A DNA stretch of 63,989 bases, the filler included, from Basidiobolus ranarum (Eukaryota), in assembly GCA_040143965.1 (NCBI GenBank). It is 3 parts of 3 records of this genome, joined end to end, with 100 filler letters (N's around TTAATTAATTAA, not from the genome) between each part and the next. Parts side by side here need not be neighbours in the genome. Positions count along the whole stretch, not along the records: positions 44,109 to 63,989 come from JASJQH010007115.1; 2 more parts are not named here. The stretch is one strand, 5' to 3'. Positions within the stretch are counted from its first letter, which is position 1, and the number at the start of each line of letters is the position of its first letter. The translations under genes were made by a program, and so were the position numbers. The notes under the pieces are model-generated. The model saw nothing but the letters and a program-made list of their open reading frames with translations. It was not told the origin of the DNA and searched no databases. Shown piece after piece: positions 50,170-63,989 of this stretch.

Positions 50170-51763
50170 ATGACACATATATCTCCTAAGAACTTATTAA
50201 AGAAAGCTGTGAAAAGTGCGAGTAAGGCTTCTAGTCGTACTGCCACCCCTGCTAGTAGCCGTCATGCCTCTGATTTGGAAGAAGATGGGCTTTCTGAAGG
50301 TTCTGACTCTACACTAGATTCTCTCTCTAGTTTCCAAGACGATATGGGTAATGTAGATTGGAGTGATGAGTTGAAGAAAAATATTGAAGAATTATCCGAA
50401 AAACGAACAACGTAATAGTTTGTACAATTTTAGTGTATCGCTGTCACAAACAAATTAACTGGTTAATTTTCAACTTGTGAACAGTGCTCGCGAGTCTACC
50501 TTACTGAGACTTGCCAAGATTCTGAGCCACAAATATTTGGACGAAGATCTCTATTTGCAGCGTGACACTATAATGGATACCCTTAAGAAATGTATCAAGC
50601 GATCCGGAAGTGTCCAAGAAAGGATTTTGGCAGCTAAAGGTATGGTATTTTGGTTGCTTGATAATTAGCCCTGAATAGAGATCTAAATTTGTGATAGTGA
50701 TCGTTCTATGCTTTATTACGCTTGGTGCCGGTGAGGAAAGCCTTTACAAAGATGTTTCTCCAATTCTAAAATCCATTGTACATGATACCACTGAGCCTGA
50801 TGTTCTCTCAGCCGTAAGCCTCCTCCTTCAGAGTCTTGTTCAAATATACAATTAACATGTTCATTAGGTCATCAATTGCTTAGCTGTTATTTCCTTTGTT
50901 GCCAGTACAGATGAACTTGAAACTCTCAAGCTTATGGATATGTTTACTGTTATATTCAAAGATTCTCATCGGTCACCTCAAACAATAGTGAGTGCTGTAA
51001 ACGCCCATGGCTTATTGTTCACAACCCTTGGTGGGTCTTCTCGCATCACTCGTAGCATTTTTGACAGGTGAACAACCCTCTATACTGATTCTTACAATAT
51101 CATTTATTCACCAATTTGTCCAGCACAATGCCCATCTTGACCCGGCTTCTAGAATCCTCCAATGTCGAGATACGCGTGTCAAGTGGTGAAAGTATGGCAC
51201 TGATGATTGAGATTCTACGCGACAATTGTGTAAGTGATACAACTATAGAAATCAAGTAGCCTGCGTACTACTGCATTTTCTAGCATTACTGATGAACTCT
51301 CCTTTATTAGGACTCTCCATTCCGATATGATAGAATGAAAACTCTCATTGCTTCATTAAATTCACTTGCTACGGATTGCAGTAAGCACCGTTCAAAGAAA
51401 GATCGATCGGCTCAACGCTCAGCATTCCGGGAGATTATTGGCTCAATTGATGACGAGCAATCTCCAGAATTGAAGCTTAAATTTCGTGGAGAAGTCATTA
51501 CCTTTACTGGTTGGAGTGAGATTAAACAGCTCAATGCGTTCCGTGAAGCACTCACTGAAGGCCTGCATGTGCATTTTCAGTATAATGATCTTCTCCATGA
51601 TATCTTTGAAGTTTCTTTTACACCTGATATGGAGAACGATAGTCAATACTCGTCAAACTATGTTATCTCTCCAAGCTCAGAACTATCAAAGCTGAGGTCA
51701 CAGGACATGGCTAAGCAGCGTCAGCGACGTGGCAATCGTGAGGGATTGAATGACTACTATTAG
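50170..51763 (+). CDS. IFRD1/IFRD2 (interferon-related developmental regulator)-family armadillo protein
   Basis: IEELSEKR..RESTL, LLESSNVEIRVSSGESMAL, LATDCSKHRSKKDRSAQRSAFREI, W..IKQLNAFREALTEGLHVHFQYNDLLHDIFE. Confidence 0.82.
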
Positions 51764-52309
51764 ATCCGAAACTATTATCTGAACCGCATATATTCACCCT
51801 TAGCAATATAGTATTAAGCTTTTACATATTTATAAATAGTATTTTGAATCACATAAATAGCTTCATCAATACGTACCAACTTCTTGACTTAACACGCTTA
51901 CATAGAACCCCAAGGTTTTCTCTTTCCTCGTCTAATTCAGTTATCTCTTCTATAATATGGAATAGGAATCTACTAAATGAAATTACTATAAACCTTAGTT
52001 AACCCTCTTGATAGAGAGAACTTCACAGGAACAACAGAATTATTCAAATGAAGCAAAGTCTTTAATATCTTAAACAAATTTGCACACGGTTACTGCATAC
52101 TATTACGAGAAAAGAACAGAATCCAACTTTACACTAGTATTCATAATATCACCATATTTTGTTTATATATATTGATCATAGCTAGAAGAGATTTACTTTA
52201 TTCGTTTTTAAGGAGATTTGGATATTATTTGGTGAAGCCAAGCTAAATACTAAATATTGGGTATAGATAAATGGAGCAAGTGAATCAGTCAACGTGATGG
52301 CCGTAATTC

Positions 52310-54844
<2,535 letters not shown>

Positions 54845-55353
54845 TTATTACGAAGGAGAATAAAACAAGTGCCAATAAATGCAATAGGCTTCAATTAAGT
54901 GGTGATATAAAGAGCGTTCAAACTTATGGAAACAGTCTCGTGAGAAGTTAGAAGAAAGGAGATAGGACGGTCACGCAGCGTTCCGATTATGCCTAAATTA
55001 TTATATGGATGAGGCGGTGCTAGACACGTTACCAAACACTATTTACCAGATTAGTAAGTGACTATCATTCAAATAAAAATAAGTACAAAGGATATCATAC
55101 TAGTTGAGCCTTACTTGTGACGAGGAAGGCAAGGATTGGTTCATCATATGCTAATACGACTGCTACTTGACATTAAATCATCTCCCCCCTAATCCCAATG
55201 CCAAGTTTCTGCTGTATACAATGCCAATATCTGCCCTGACAACCAACCGATTTAAACAAGCTTTGAATAAAACATAGAACATTGAGTTATTAAATAATTA
55301 AAACTAACTGCATTTATTATTTTCAGGGCTTCTTTACAATCAGAGAAAATGAA

Positions 55354-56668
<1,315 letters not shown>

Positions 56669-57140
56669 ACTAATCTAAAATCAACGTTATATATGAACAA
56701 ACTCTGTAAGCTTGGGATTTATTTTCACTCCAAGCTAAGGTTTAAAGTTGAAAGATGACGTTCTGGAAATGACTTTTGTCTGATTGGCTCTATCTGAACA
56801 AAAATGTAACAATCAAAATATGAGCGATCAATCGTCGATAATCGACTATGAATTGATTGATCAGCACTGTTAATTTTAATGTTTGCAATCACTTTTCTCC
56901 AAGATCAAAAAGCGTTAGGAAACTATGGAGTAATTACATTATTGTACTAACGCTCAACCAGGATTTGATTGAGACAAATGAGAGAACTTGGCCATATTTA
57001 TAAGTTCACTATCTAAAATACTATCGTAGGGTGTAATGTTTGATGTCATTTATCTTAAGAAACACTGATATAAAGAGCTTTTTGCAAATGATACAGTGAT
57101 CTTTGACCAATCATAAATTAGAAATACATGATTTATATAT

Positions 57141-59723
57141 AAAACGAAAAATGCATGCATCAATTGTCTTTACAGAAAACCAAATGCTTAGAGAAAGAAT
57201 TCATGGTATTTTAAAAAGGGTCTGGAATCGAAAGAAAGAGATAGAAGAAGAAAAAGGTAAACTTTCACTATATATATAGTGGACGGTTTGTTTAATACAC
57301 ATACTATCGTGTTTAGTAGTAGTCAGATGCAAGGATTGTAGGAAACCTGGGCATCAAAATGTAGAGTAGCCTCTGACAACAGCTCGAATGCGATATATGT
57401 GTGTAGTTGGCACAAAGCACAACAGAAGTAATGTGTATGAAAAGAACGAAACAAAAAAACAAAAGACTAACGCAAAGAGGTACACTGAGCCAGAAGAAAG
57501 TAGTCCTGTACGTTTGAGCTGTCATGAAGAAGGCCATAAGAGCTCAAGATCAAAGGACTGCCCAAATCACAACATGATTAAACAAGAGCAAGTGCAAAGT
57601 CTTTTGGGAAATAACACTACAACTGTGACGAGAAAAATTAAATTAGACACAATGCTTAGACCAGAGTACAAGACGTTGATTACAAATAAAGTTCTGGCAG
57701 TATCCGATGAAGTACGAAATAGTATGATACGTGCCCAGTTATTCGTAAACTACTACGTGATTACTCATGCAGACCAAGCTGTCGACAAGAAAGTTTTTAT
57801 ACAAAACTTCTGGTATTGTATAACACAAGTAGTCTTGAGGAAAACACCAAGGCTCTTCCGAGTGATTACTTAGACTGTTGGAACAGCTTTTCCTCTAGAC
57901 ATAACGTAACTTATAGCATGGACCCATCTGTTAACGGGTATAGCCATTGTGTAACCGCTGCCTGCGTTGAAATATCTACCGCTTACACAAATTTGATTGT
58001 GGAGTGTTTTGAGGCTAGACTGAAAGCATTATACATATACATGTAGCCAGAGAAAGGTCTTGTAAAAAAAATTGCCTATGCCTATTGTTATCAATATGTT
58101 TGTGGAGGCACTCATGTCCTGAGGCTTACAATGATAAAATGCCAGCGATTGAAGAGATATGCAGAGAATTGTCAGCAATAGACATGCCTAAGCCAGTTAC
58201 GCTTGTAACCTTGTCTGCCTCTCCTGGAGCATACATTCCTATGCTAGCTAGCATTACGAGAAAGTATGAGCGCCAATACCAATTACAGCAACGGCTAGCA
58301 CAAGAATCGCAAGATCTTCCTCGCTTATTTTCGTTATGTCCTGTACCTTCTTTAAAGTGGAGGTTTATAACAGTGAACCCAAACGCTCTTTCGTCTTTTT
58401 CTGGTATAAAAATGCCAACCACTTATGAAGCTAAACTTGAAATGTTTAACAAGGTGTTTGATTTCAAGAGACTAAGATTAGATAGGTAGGTATACGAGCG
58501 TTTATTCATATACCCATTTGCTAACAAGCACTTGTATAATAGCTTCCAAGATCTACCAGACCCAAACAAATAGAGAAAACTAGCATTTTCAAATTTGATC
58601 AGAACTGACAGTTTCACTGCAGATATTGTCCTTTAAAAAAGTGTTAAAAACAAATATTGATGACTATACTCATTATTCTGGCCAAGATCTTGACATTTCG
58701 CTGCTGGGAGATGTTATGAAAAACGAAAACATAAAAGATGTTTCTCTTTGTGCAATAGATCCTAATCGAAACCAAGTATTCGCTGCCTCGTATGGTGATG
58801 GTGATATTTCTCACCAACTTAGAAGGTGTTCTACGTTGAAGGACTATACATACACAGGCTTCAAAAGGCATGCAAAGCGGAAAATGGAAATAATGTGTGT
58901 TGAAGATATGAGCACCATTTTTAAAAATACTCCAACAGCAAAAACAGTTAACACTTCGTCATACTTGCAATATGTCACTTACATTTTGCTGCACCTTCAG
59001 AAAATACTGGCATTCAATCGTCATTCTACAGCCAAGAATCATTTTCAGTTGTATCAAGACGTGCAAAGGGCTAGATAAGAAATGGTAAACATTTTGGTTA
59101 ACGGTGGTAGAAAGTATAATAAATCAAAGCGAAAGAACACAAAGAAGAATAGGAAGAAAAGAAAGAAACATGCAAACTATGGCAGTAAACAAGAAGCACA
59201 AATAAATTCAAAGTAAGTTCAGGAAACATAAAAGTGATTACCATATTCATTTTAGTGTTTCCTTAGGAGAGCCACCAGATACTGGAAGCCAGAGCAATTC
59301 CAACACCATAAAGACAAGTTGCCCATCATATCTTTCGGTAATGGAATGTTTGGAAAAGGTTCAGTCAAGTTTAACAGCCTCAGAACTGGGGTCACTGGGG
59401 TACTTTGGCGTCAGCTTAAATCCAGACAAAAATCTGGTAATTTTTTACTTGCTATTGTAGACGAATTTCGTACTTTAAAGGTAATGTTAGTCTGTTTTTA
59501 TTTCACGATTATACATCTAACACTTTTACTTATATAAACATGTCATTCATATAATGAAATATTTCTTATTGAAGCAATCACTGATTTAAATAGTGTTCTC
59601 GCTTGCAAAAGTTGCGGAATGATATGGCAACGTGATGTCAATGCTTCAAAGAACATCTTCAAGATTTCCAAAGACGTAATCAGATATCATGGGCGTCCAA
59701 CAGCGTTTTCTCGAAGTCAGTAA
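57141..59723 (+). pseudogene. Fanzor1 (eukaryotic TnpB/Cas12-related RNA-guided nuclease), intron-containing, disrupted
   Basis: RuvC-I SLCAIDPNRNQVFAA, IISFGNGMF, rearranged RuvC-II IVDEFRTLK, Zn ribbon plus RuvC-III VLACKSCGMIWQRDVNASKNI, FSNLIRTDSF, N-terminal CCHC knuckles. Several frameshifts and stops. Confidence 0.85.
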
Positions 59724-59800
59724 CTTTTGTTACCGTTTTTACTACATCGCCGTCCCGAACACGGTTTCTCTTTTCAGAGATTTAGATTTTTACAGGTAAA
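59715..59800 (+). ncRNA. Candidate Fanzor omegaRNA scaffold
   Basis: Directly after the Fanzor stop: hairpins GTAAC-TTTT-GTTAC (59720-59733), CCGT..ACGG (59750-59764) and TCTC..GAGA (59767-59780). Position matches where omegaRNAs are normally encoded. Confidence 0.35.
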
Positions 59801-59847
59801 TTGTCTGCAAAATATTCCTTATTTGTCTAAAAACTAACGTTGTTTCG

Positions 59848-59951
59848 TCTCAAATCAAATTCTTAATTGTCTGAAAAACATTTCCACTCATCTCATCTCA
59901 TCTCAAATCAAATTCTCATTCGTCTAAAAAACATTTCCATTCGTCTCAATC
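59848..59951. repeat. Subterminal direct repeats with about 53-bp period
   Basis: tctcaaatcaaattct at 59848 and 59901; gtct(g/a)aaaaacatttcca at 59869 and 59922. Confidence 0.8.
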
Positions 59952-60233
59952 TTAAGTTTAAATACTGTAGCTACAAAAACATTTAGTGGGATTCTTCACA
60001 GCAATTGATACTTTGACGAAAAAGGTATAGAGCCAATCAAACAAAATAGCATATATATACATTTTATACTCTCTTTTCCTATGACTGGGAAGAGAATCTT
60101 CTTAAGAGTAGAATACAAACTCACCAAAAACAAGATTAGAAGTGTCTACAGCGCTTTTGTGAGATAGTCTCTCAAAAATTTTAACTTGCGTGTAAATAAA
60201 ATCTATTGATCAAAAGGATACCGAGTGAGTATC

Positions 60234-62289
60234 ATGGCTCCCAAAAGAAAAAACTATGTAAACCTACCCGATGAGCAAGAAGTATCAACAACTTCTCCTT
60301 CTATACCGCAAATGACTCAGCTTAATGAAGCCTCGACGTCTCATTATAGACGTACTAATAGTAGGCAACCAGCTTCAGAGCTACCTTCTCAAATGGAACA
60401 AGACGATGAGACAGCCTGGGTTGAAGCCGAAGTTAGCAACATGGAGACTTTTGAATTTGAAGATAATGAAGAGTCACGGCGCAGCACTATAAGTATTGCA
60501 GCCGAATTTATGAAAGTAAGAGGACACGGATATTGTAGCCTCGTACCTAACTTACACGTGTTCTTTTTAACTCCTAGGATGGGCTCAAGAAGAAGCTCTA
60601 CTTGTTACTTGAAGATCCCTCTTCAACCCCGGCTGCTTTTGTCGTAAACGTTTTTGTCTCTTTCATGATCGTATTAAGTGCTGCGGTTTCTACTGTTGAG
60701 ACTATCCCTGCTTTTCATTATGCTGGGACTTCTTTGTGGTATTCCTCACTGTTTTTCTGTTTGATATGCAAATAGAAACTCACTCGATTTATTTATTATT
60801 CGTAGGTTTAATTTTGAAACTACAATCGTACTACTTTTCACAGTAGAATACCTCTTAAGACTTTATGCTCATTCCGACTCTCGAGAACAGTTACTTCAAT
60901 TCATAATAGGTAATTTTAGTTAAAATACGCTACATGGATGATATTAACATCTAATATTAGCGCCTCTCTCAATTATTGACGTTATTGCCATTGCACCGTA
61001 TTATGTCGAACTGATTCTTGAGCGTGATACGGTGAGATAATGCTGCCTTTATACGAATCGTGTTTACTGCTCGCGCTAAAGAACTTACATCTAGTCTTAT
61101 GAATTCCGTTTTACTATTCTTCGGTTATTCCGACTGTTCCGTGCCTTCCGTGTTTTTAAATATTCATCTCTTATTCAGGTATTCCAAAATCTTGCTTTTT
61201 TCTCTAAGAATTTGAGAATTGACCCTGATCATGGATATCTCAGCTGTCGATTGAAGTTATGTTGATTGCCATCAAGAAAAGCTCTGACGCTTTATATGCA
61301 CTCTTTCTCTTCTTCATGTTGACAATTATCGTTTTCTCCAGCCTGGTTTATTTTGTCGAACGAGGTATGCGTGGTTACATTTTTTCATGTATTCCTAATT
61401 CTAACATAACAACGGTAGGTGTGTGGGATGAAGAGAAGAAGATGTTTATTACCTCGAGTGGCGGTCCCAGGTAATGAATCGGATCGTTTAACTCCCACAG
61501 ATCTAGGGAAACTAAATTTATATCACCTCAGCAACTTCGACAGTATTCCGGCTTCTTTTTGGTATGTTATTGTCACTCTGACTACAACTGGATACGGTAA
61601 GTCCGAGCCACTTGTGCAGTTTTCAATGAACACCTTTTACTTATTACTAAATATGTAGGAGATATGGTTCCAGAAACATTCATTGGCAAATTGATATCTT
61701 TCCCAGTTATGATGTGTGGCATCTTGGTAAGAATTGCAAGCACATAACGACCATTGAATGCAAGTAACACATTTTATCCATAGCTCATAGCCCTTCCCTC
61801 CATCATTGTTGGTCGGCACTTTACTGTAGTCTGGGACTACACAAAGAGACATCGACCAAACCAAAGAGTGAGCTAAAGTGCGAGAGTAATACCAAGTTAT
61901 GCCCTACTAAACTTTTTATTCTCCAGCTTCCAAATAATCAAGAGGAAACCGGTGGTCATGATCCACTTGGTCCTGTGGGGAGATATTCCAGTAAAGATCA
62001 AGTATTTGTGTAATCTACCGTTGGAACAATTATTAACATCAACTTTTTAGTATCTGACCTCACCCATATGGATGCCTTTCGCACACTCACTCCTGATCCT
62101 GCAGATATTCATCGCGATTACTCGATATTAGGCAATGGAGGTGGTAGCGAGTATCGCGATTTGAATGATCAAGTGCAGTCCATGATAGAAGTTCAACGGA
62201 CAAATCAAGCAATGATTCAAAAAATTCTAAGACTCTTGGAAGCACAGAATTTAAGCAGAAATGAAGATATGTCATTAAAAGACGATTAA
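60234..62289 (+). CDS. Voltage-gated (Kv/Shaker-like 6TM) potassium channel, many exons
   Basis: LLLEDPSST, STVETIP, FTVEYLLR, IIDVIAIAPYY, S4 ILRLFRLFRAFRVFK, FSSLVYFVE, pore [25 protein letters not shown], S6 GILLIALPSIIVG. Confidence 0.92.
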
Positions 62290-62852
62290 AGAGGCACTTG
62301 CCATTGATTCTATTGGCATCGTCTTGATGCTATTCATACGTGATAGATCGATGTACTTGAGCAAAACAATTAATATATCTTCTACTGAACATAAATGCAA
62401 TGATACATATAGATATGTCGTATTAGCTTCTCATTTCTCTAACTTTTACCGAAACAGAGTTAAATAACTACCATTCTCTCGTAGCTAGATAAAGGGCATA
62501 TCAGCAACAAGCACACCATGTAAACGAAAAACTGTTACTCTGATTTGTTTACATCACCCACTTATTAATTAAGCATTTAATAATCATCTTGATCCCCTTT
62601 GTGAGAGGAAAATCGATCATTTGAACCAGTAACAAACCAGTCCACTTTTGGCGTTGTTTTCGTTTTAACATTTTATTCAGACAATAAGAACCAATTGAAT
62701 TTTGCTGAAAATACGAAAACAAACAAGAGAACCAACTATATCGTAACGTGTTTTTGTTTTTGTACATAATCTCGTGATCCATATACATATACTTCAAAGT
62801 TATTCATTTTCCCCACAACGTTCAAGTGATACTCGTTTTCTTAAGGATTACA

Positions 62853-63989
62853 ATGGAGGAAGGCATGCATATAGTAGAAAACCGAGTAGCGTCCTTCACT
62901 GAAGCAAAGTCAGCTTGGCCGCATCCTGATACTTTTATCGTTGCTCCTTCGAATGTATATATGATAATTCTTTCAAGAGAAACTTGTTATGTTTGCTTGT
63001 TCACTAACATATTCTTATCGACTTAAGTTGGCTGAAGCTGGTTTCTACTTTGATCCACATTATGCCGAAGATGATAATTGTGTGTGCTTCCTTTGTCAAA
63101 AGTCTTTGGGCGGCTGGGAAGAGCATGACAACCCGATTACGGAACACATTACTCATGCTCCATTTTGTGCATGGGCAAAGCTCCTATGCTCACGTCTTTT
63201 TGTAACCGGAGAAGATATTCCTTTGGAGAATTATGATGAAGACGATTATATCCCTACCTCAGGATTTATGGAAGCTGCTCGCGCAGCAACTTTTCAAGAT
63301 CTATGGCCTCACGAATATAAAAAAGGCTGGCTTTGTAATGTAAAAAAGGTAAACCTCTTCATAAGAGATGATTATTTATTTTGTTCTCTGTTTTCATACC
63401 AGTTTCACATAACACTTCGGAATATTTCCTTGTAGATGGCCAAAGCTGGTTTTCATTATAATCCAACACCTGACTCTGACGATACCGCCTGTTGTGCCTA
63501 TTGTAATACAACACTTGATGGTTGGGAACCACGTGATAGTCCAGTGTAGGTTTTATGATGTAACTTGTCTTTTGTTTGCACAGTCTAATCGTCCATTTGT
63601 AAACAGTAAGGAACATCGAAAAAGAGCACCCACATGCCCTTTTTTTTCTAAAGATCTCAAGACTACCTTAAAGAAAATGAAAGAGGTAAAGTCAACTTGA
63701 AATTTCATTTTATTCTACCTTATTTTAACTCTATTTTAGACTATTGAAGAAGAAGCAGATATTTCTGCTTCATCAAGAAGCTCTCGGAGAGGGGCCACAC
63801 GCAATAGTGCTGGTATCGAGGCTTCCCAAACTCAACCAGAGCTCAAAAAGCGAAAGGGTACTAAAAGACAGAAGGAACATTAGAGTACATAACACCAGTA
63901 AATGATTATATTGAGAATTTAACTAGAGAACAACTTTTAGGTTTATCATTCTTATTATATATAGGTGTAATTATATGGTGCTTTTCTTG
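62853..63989 (+). CDS. BIR1: Bir1/survivin-like protein with two BIR domains; probably runs off the window
   Basis: ENRVASF..WPH, LAEAGFYF..DNCVCFLCQKSLGGWEEHDNPITEHITHAPFCAW; second repeat ARAATFQDLWPH..MAKAGFHY..DDTACCAYCNTTLDGWEPRDSP..EHRKRAPTCPFF. Confidence 0.9.

Larger units (their letters stand above)
56960..59969 (+). mobile_element. Degenerate Fanzor1-carrying DNA transposon with a Tc1/mariner-like right end
   Basis: Right end ...tttaaatactg|TA (reverse complement TA-CAGT) with 53-bp subterminal repeats at 59848-59951. Inverted 13/14-bp match at 56967-56980. Left boundary uncertain. Confidence 0.55.

Overview
AT-rich, intron-rich eukaryotic DNA from an early-diverging fungus. A Basidiobolus-like zoopagomycete is my inference from gene content, a bacterial-type NRPS and a U12 intron. 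The window has two scaffold gaps. Conserved genes: velvet factor, eIF4E, Rec8, two Erv29/SURF4 paralogs, AMMECR1, Rsm1/NIPA, Spf1 P5A-ATPase, Cdc3 septin, prefoldin-2, IFRD1-like, Sec23, Rpn11, a Kv-like K+ channel and Bir1. Accessory content: three stand-alone BTB-like paralogs (one with a single in-frame TGA), a CsbD-like gene plus a decayed copy, and a secreted tyrosinase-like protein lacking two copper ligands next to a secreted Tyr/Asp/Glu/His-rich repeat protein. Highlights: (1) an intronless half-C-A(Ser)-T-TE NRPS whose TE closely resembles cyanobacterial MysE/Ava_3855 (recalled from memory), a candidate horizontally acquired shinorine sunscreen synthetase in a fungus; (2) a decayed intron-containing Fanzor1 (eukaryotic TnpB) with all three RuvC acidic residues, a possible omegaRNA and a Tc1/mariner-like right end; (3) an AT-AC U12 intron; (4) a start codon split by an intron. 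Exon models were read by eye.
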